DNA from: an uncultured delta proteobacterium
Lineage (GTDB): Bacteria; Desulfobacterota; Syntrophia; Syntrophales; Smithellaceae
Assembly: GCA_963753975.1 (NCBI GenBank)
Contig: CAVWEH010000005.1
Coordinates: 448,001-512,000 of the forward strand
DNA length: 64,000 nucleotides
Reading direction: 5' to 3'
Below, piece after piece: positions 61,658 through 64,000 of this stretch. The notes below the pieces were generated by a model, which was not told the origin of the DNA, did no database searches, and saw only the letters and a list, made by a program, of their open reading frames with translations. The translations under genes and the position numbers were made by a program. Numbering within the stretch: position 1 is the stretch's first letter; every line of letters begins with the position of its first letter.

Positions 61658-63121
61658 ATGAAAAGTCAGAATCGAAAAACTTTTTTCATGTTCTTAATGG
61701 CGTTTTTGATCGCCTTTTTTATTGTTTCTCTGGTGGAAGTTCTACGTTCTTCCTTTATGCCTTCAGGAGCGCCGGAAGTTCAAACGGCTTCGGCAATTTC
61801 TTCTTCTGAATCATTAAAAGTTCCTTTTTCTTTTTCCGATCTGGCCGAGCGTGTTAAACCCGCGGTAGTGAACGTCAGCACGACAAAAACATACAAGGGC
61901 CAGGGCGGTTTTGGTTCGCCTTTTGGGCGGTCACCTTTTGGCGACGATTTCTTTGATCGCTTTTTCGGCGATATTCCCCAACGTGACTTTAAGCAGAGAA
62001 GCCTTGGTTCGGGATTCATTATCAGCAGTGACGGATATATTTTCACCAATAATCACGTGGTAGAAAAAGCCGACAAGATTGTGGTAAAAGTCTCCGACGG
62101 GAATGAATATCAGGCAAAAATTATCGGCACCGATATTAAAACAGACATCGCCTTAATCAAAATCAAACCCAGCAACAGTTTGCCGGTTGTAGAAATCGGG
62201 GATTCCGACAAAGTAAAAGTAGGTGAGTGGGTCATTGCCATCGGCAATCCTTTCGGTTTGGAGCAAACAGTTACTGCCGGTATCGTCAGTGCCAAGGGAC
62301 GCGTTATCGGAGCAGGACCTTATGATAATTTTATCCAAACTGATGCATCTATTAATCCGGGCAACAGTGGCGGGCCATTATTTAACATGGAAGGAAAAGT
62401 CATCGGCATCAACACGGCTATTGTAGCTCAAGGTCAGGGTATTGGCTTTGCCATCCCGATAAATATGGCAAAAAGTATTCTGGGTGATTTGAAAACCAAG
62501 GGTAAAGTGACCCGCGGATGGCTGGGCATTTCCGTGCAGGATATTACAGATGAAATCGCAAAAAATCTGAACCACAAAGACAAAAGCGGAGCTTTAGTAT
62601 CCGATGTTTTTAAAGGCGATCCGGCGGATAAAGCGGGAATCAAAGCAGGCGACATAGTGACAGAGATCAACGGGAAGCCGATTAAAGACACTCATGATCT
62701 GCTCCTGACAATTGCCGAAATGCACGTTGGCGAAAAAGCATCGATTAAGGCATTGCGCGATGGCAAGGAAATGACGTTTCAAGTCGTGGTGGCGGAGCGC
62801 AAGGATAAAGCAGAAATGGCATCGGCAAGGGAATCAAAAGGATATTTTGGAATTGCCGCCCAGGAAATAACTGCGGAAATCTCTCGCCAGTTAGGAATCC
62901 CCCGTGAAGCCGGTGTAATAGTCACTGATGTAGCCAATGGCAGTCCGGCCGACGAGGTCGGCATTCAGCCGCAAGATATAATCATCCAAGTAAACAAAGT
63001 AAAAGTCGCATCAATAAAAGAATATAACAAGGAAATGAAGAAGGCTGCCGACAAGAAGAGTGTGACGCTTTGGATTATGCGCGGCAAATCAAAATTCTTT
63101 GTATCAATGAGTATAGATTAA
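61658..63121 (+). CDS. degP: Do/DegP/HtrA serine protease with two PDZ domains
   Basis: TNNHVV, DIAL, TDASINPGNSGGPL, two PDZ domains. Confidence 0.92.
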   Translation: MKSQNRKTFFMFLMAFLIAFFIVSLVEVLRSSFMPSGAPEVQTASAISSSESLKVPFSFSDLAERVKPAVVNVSTTKTYKGQGGFGSPFGRSPFGDDFFDRFFGDIPQRDFKQRSLGSGFIISSDGYIFTNNHVVEKADKIVVKVSDGNEYQAKIIGTDIKTDIALIKIKPSNSLPVVEIGDSDKVKVGEWVIAIGNPFGLEQTVTAGIVSAKGRVIGAGPYDNFIQTDASINPGNSGGPLFNMEGKVIGINTAIVAQGQGIGFAIPINMAKSILGDLKTKGKVTRGWLGISVQDITDEIAKNLNHKDKSGALVSDVFKGDPADKAGIKAGDIVTEINGKPIKDTHDLLLTIAEMHVGEKASIKALRDGKEMTFQVVVAERKDKAEMASARESKGYFGIAAQEITAEISRQLGIPREAGVIVTDVANGSPADEVGIQPQDIIIQVNKVKVASIKEYNKEMKKAADKKSVTLWIMRGKSKFFVSMSID

Positions 63122-63142
63122 ATGAGAAATGACTTCATCTTC

Positions 63143-63179
63143 ATAAAAAAGGCAGGCTATCGTAGCCTGCCTTTTTTAT
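63143..63179. terminator. Bidirectional rho-independent terminator
   Basis: ataaaaaaggcaggcta-tcg-tagcctgcctttttt between convergent genes. Confidence 0.88.
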
Positions 63180-63209
63180 TTTCTGTAATATAGGCCCGGG
63201 AATAAAAAA

Positions 63210-63225
63210 TGTTTCACGTGAAACA
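63210..63225. other. parS chromosome partitioning site
   Basis: TGTTTCACGTGAAACA, perfect 16-bp consensus palindrome, intergenic. Confidence 0.9.
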
Positions 63226-63305
63226 TTGCCGTTAAGTTGAACGGAGATTGTACAAGCATGACCAATGTGCGTTGGCGAATTTAATCTTGCCGGGGCAATT
63301 ATCTC

Positions 63306-64000
63306 TTACCCTTTCAGCCACCGGGCATATTTATACATTTTACCCAAGGCTTTAACGGCCCGCTCCGGAGTAATAAAGTTTACTCCTTTATATTTGCAGC
63401 CCTCAACTTCAGTGATGGTCCGCGTTTTATCATCATTCAACAAATAAACCCCTATTACCGGTTTATCATATTTCTCCATTAGTCTTACCGTGCGTTCGAC
63501 AAACTGTTTTTCGAAATTATCCAGAAACGACAAAGAATCCTCGACAAATTTATCATCATATTTTTTATCTAAAGCAACCGTGGATTCCAGCACGGCTTTG
63601 ATCATTATTCTTCTGCCGATCATACCCATGTGGATTACCGCGTCGCAACCATCCCACTGAAGAAGCTCCTCGAGAATGGTCATATGCAATTCGGTATTCA
63701 TTTCCGCCACAAGATCTATCGGATTGGCATGGCTCCAAAACGGTGGCAGCAATTTATTAATGCGAGAAATTACATCCCCGGATAATTTTGGCACTTCCAA
63801 ATCATTCTCTATGCATAAATCTGAGGCGACAACGCCCCATCCCCCTCCCAAGGTCATAATGCCGATCCCTTTCCCTTGGGGAAGTGGTAACGAAGAAAAC
63901 GCAGCGGAAAGATCCAGTAAGTCCATGGGCTGTTCAACCAATATAATTCCTGCCTGCCGGCACGCTGCTTTAAATACTTTTACATTGGAAGCCAGGGCTC
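63306..64000 (-). CDS. ADP-forming acyl-CoA synthetase alpha subunit, C-terminal part (truncated by window)
   Basis: GIMTLGGGWGV, HANPIDL, TPERAVKAL; paralogue of 18464..19954. Confidence 0.8.
   Translation of the reverse strand, partial: ALASNVKVFKAACRQAGIILVEQPMDLLDLSAAFSSLPLPQGKGIGIMTLGGGWGVVASDLCIENDLEVPKLSGDVISRINKLLPPFWSHANPIDLVAEMNTELHMTILEELLQWDGCDAVIHMGMIGRRIMIKAVLESTVALDKKYDDKFVEDSLSFLDNFEKQFVERTVRLMEKYDKPVIGVYLLNDDKTRTITEVEGCKYKGVNFITPERAVKALGKMYKYARWLKG

Noticed and set aside
1..64000. Selenocysteine or pyrrolysine readthrough
   Set aside because: No in-frame TGA/TAG at catalytic positions with continued homology was noticed

Overview
Bacterial chromosomal segment. Gene content and protein style suggest an anaerobic deltaproteobacterium such as Syntrophaceae/Smithella (inference). 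A perfect parS site and mnmG suggest it lies near the replication origin. Core content: nth, secG, tRNA-Leu(GAG), rnd, mnmG, degP and ADP-forming acyl-CoA synthetases. A cobalamin-uptake locus has btuC/btuD, then a B12 riboswitch, then a TonB receptor, bioY and ECF A/T. A ~35 kb glutamine-centred cluster holds purF, carB, guaA, carA, GSIII, a split glutamate synthase operon with an FAD oxidoreductase, a GAF sigma54 activator, hisHF, pdxST and amtB-glnK-glnA-flotillin-porin; it has three sigma54 promoters and a shared candidate operator. Accessory patches carry attC-like sites without an integrase, a repeated junction motif, a modular family of palindromic/MITE-like repeats, and an AT-rich HicB-like/HicA-like gene pair. 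About nine single-base homopolymer frameshifts, some in conserved genes, are most likely long-read errors. No CRISPR array, rRNA or transposase was found.
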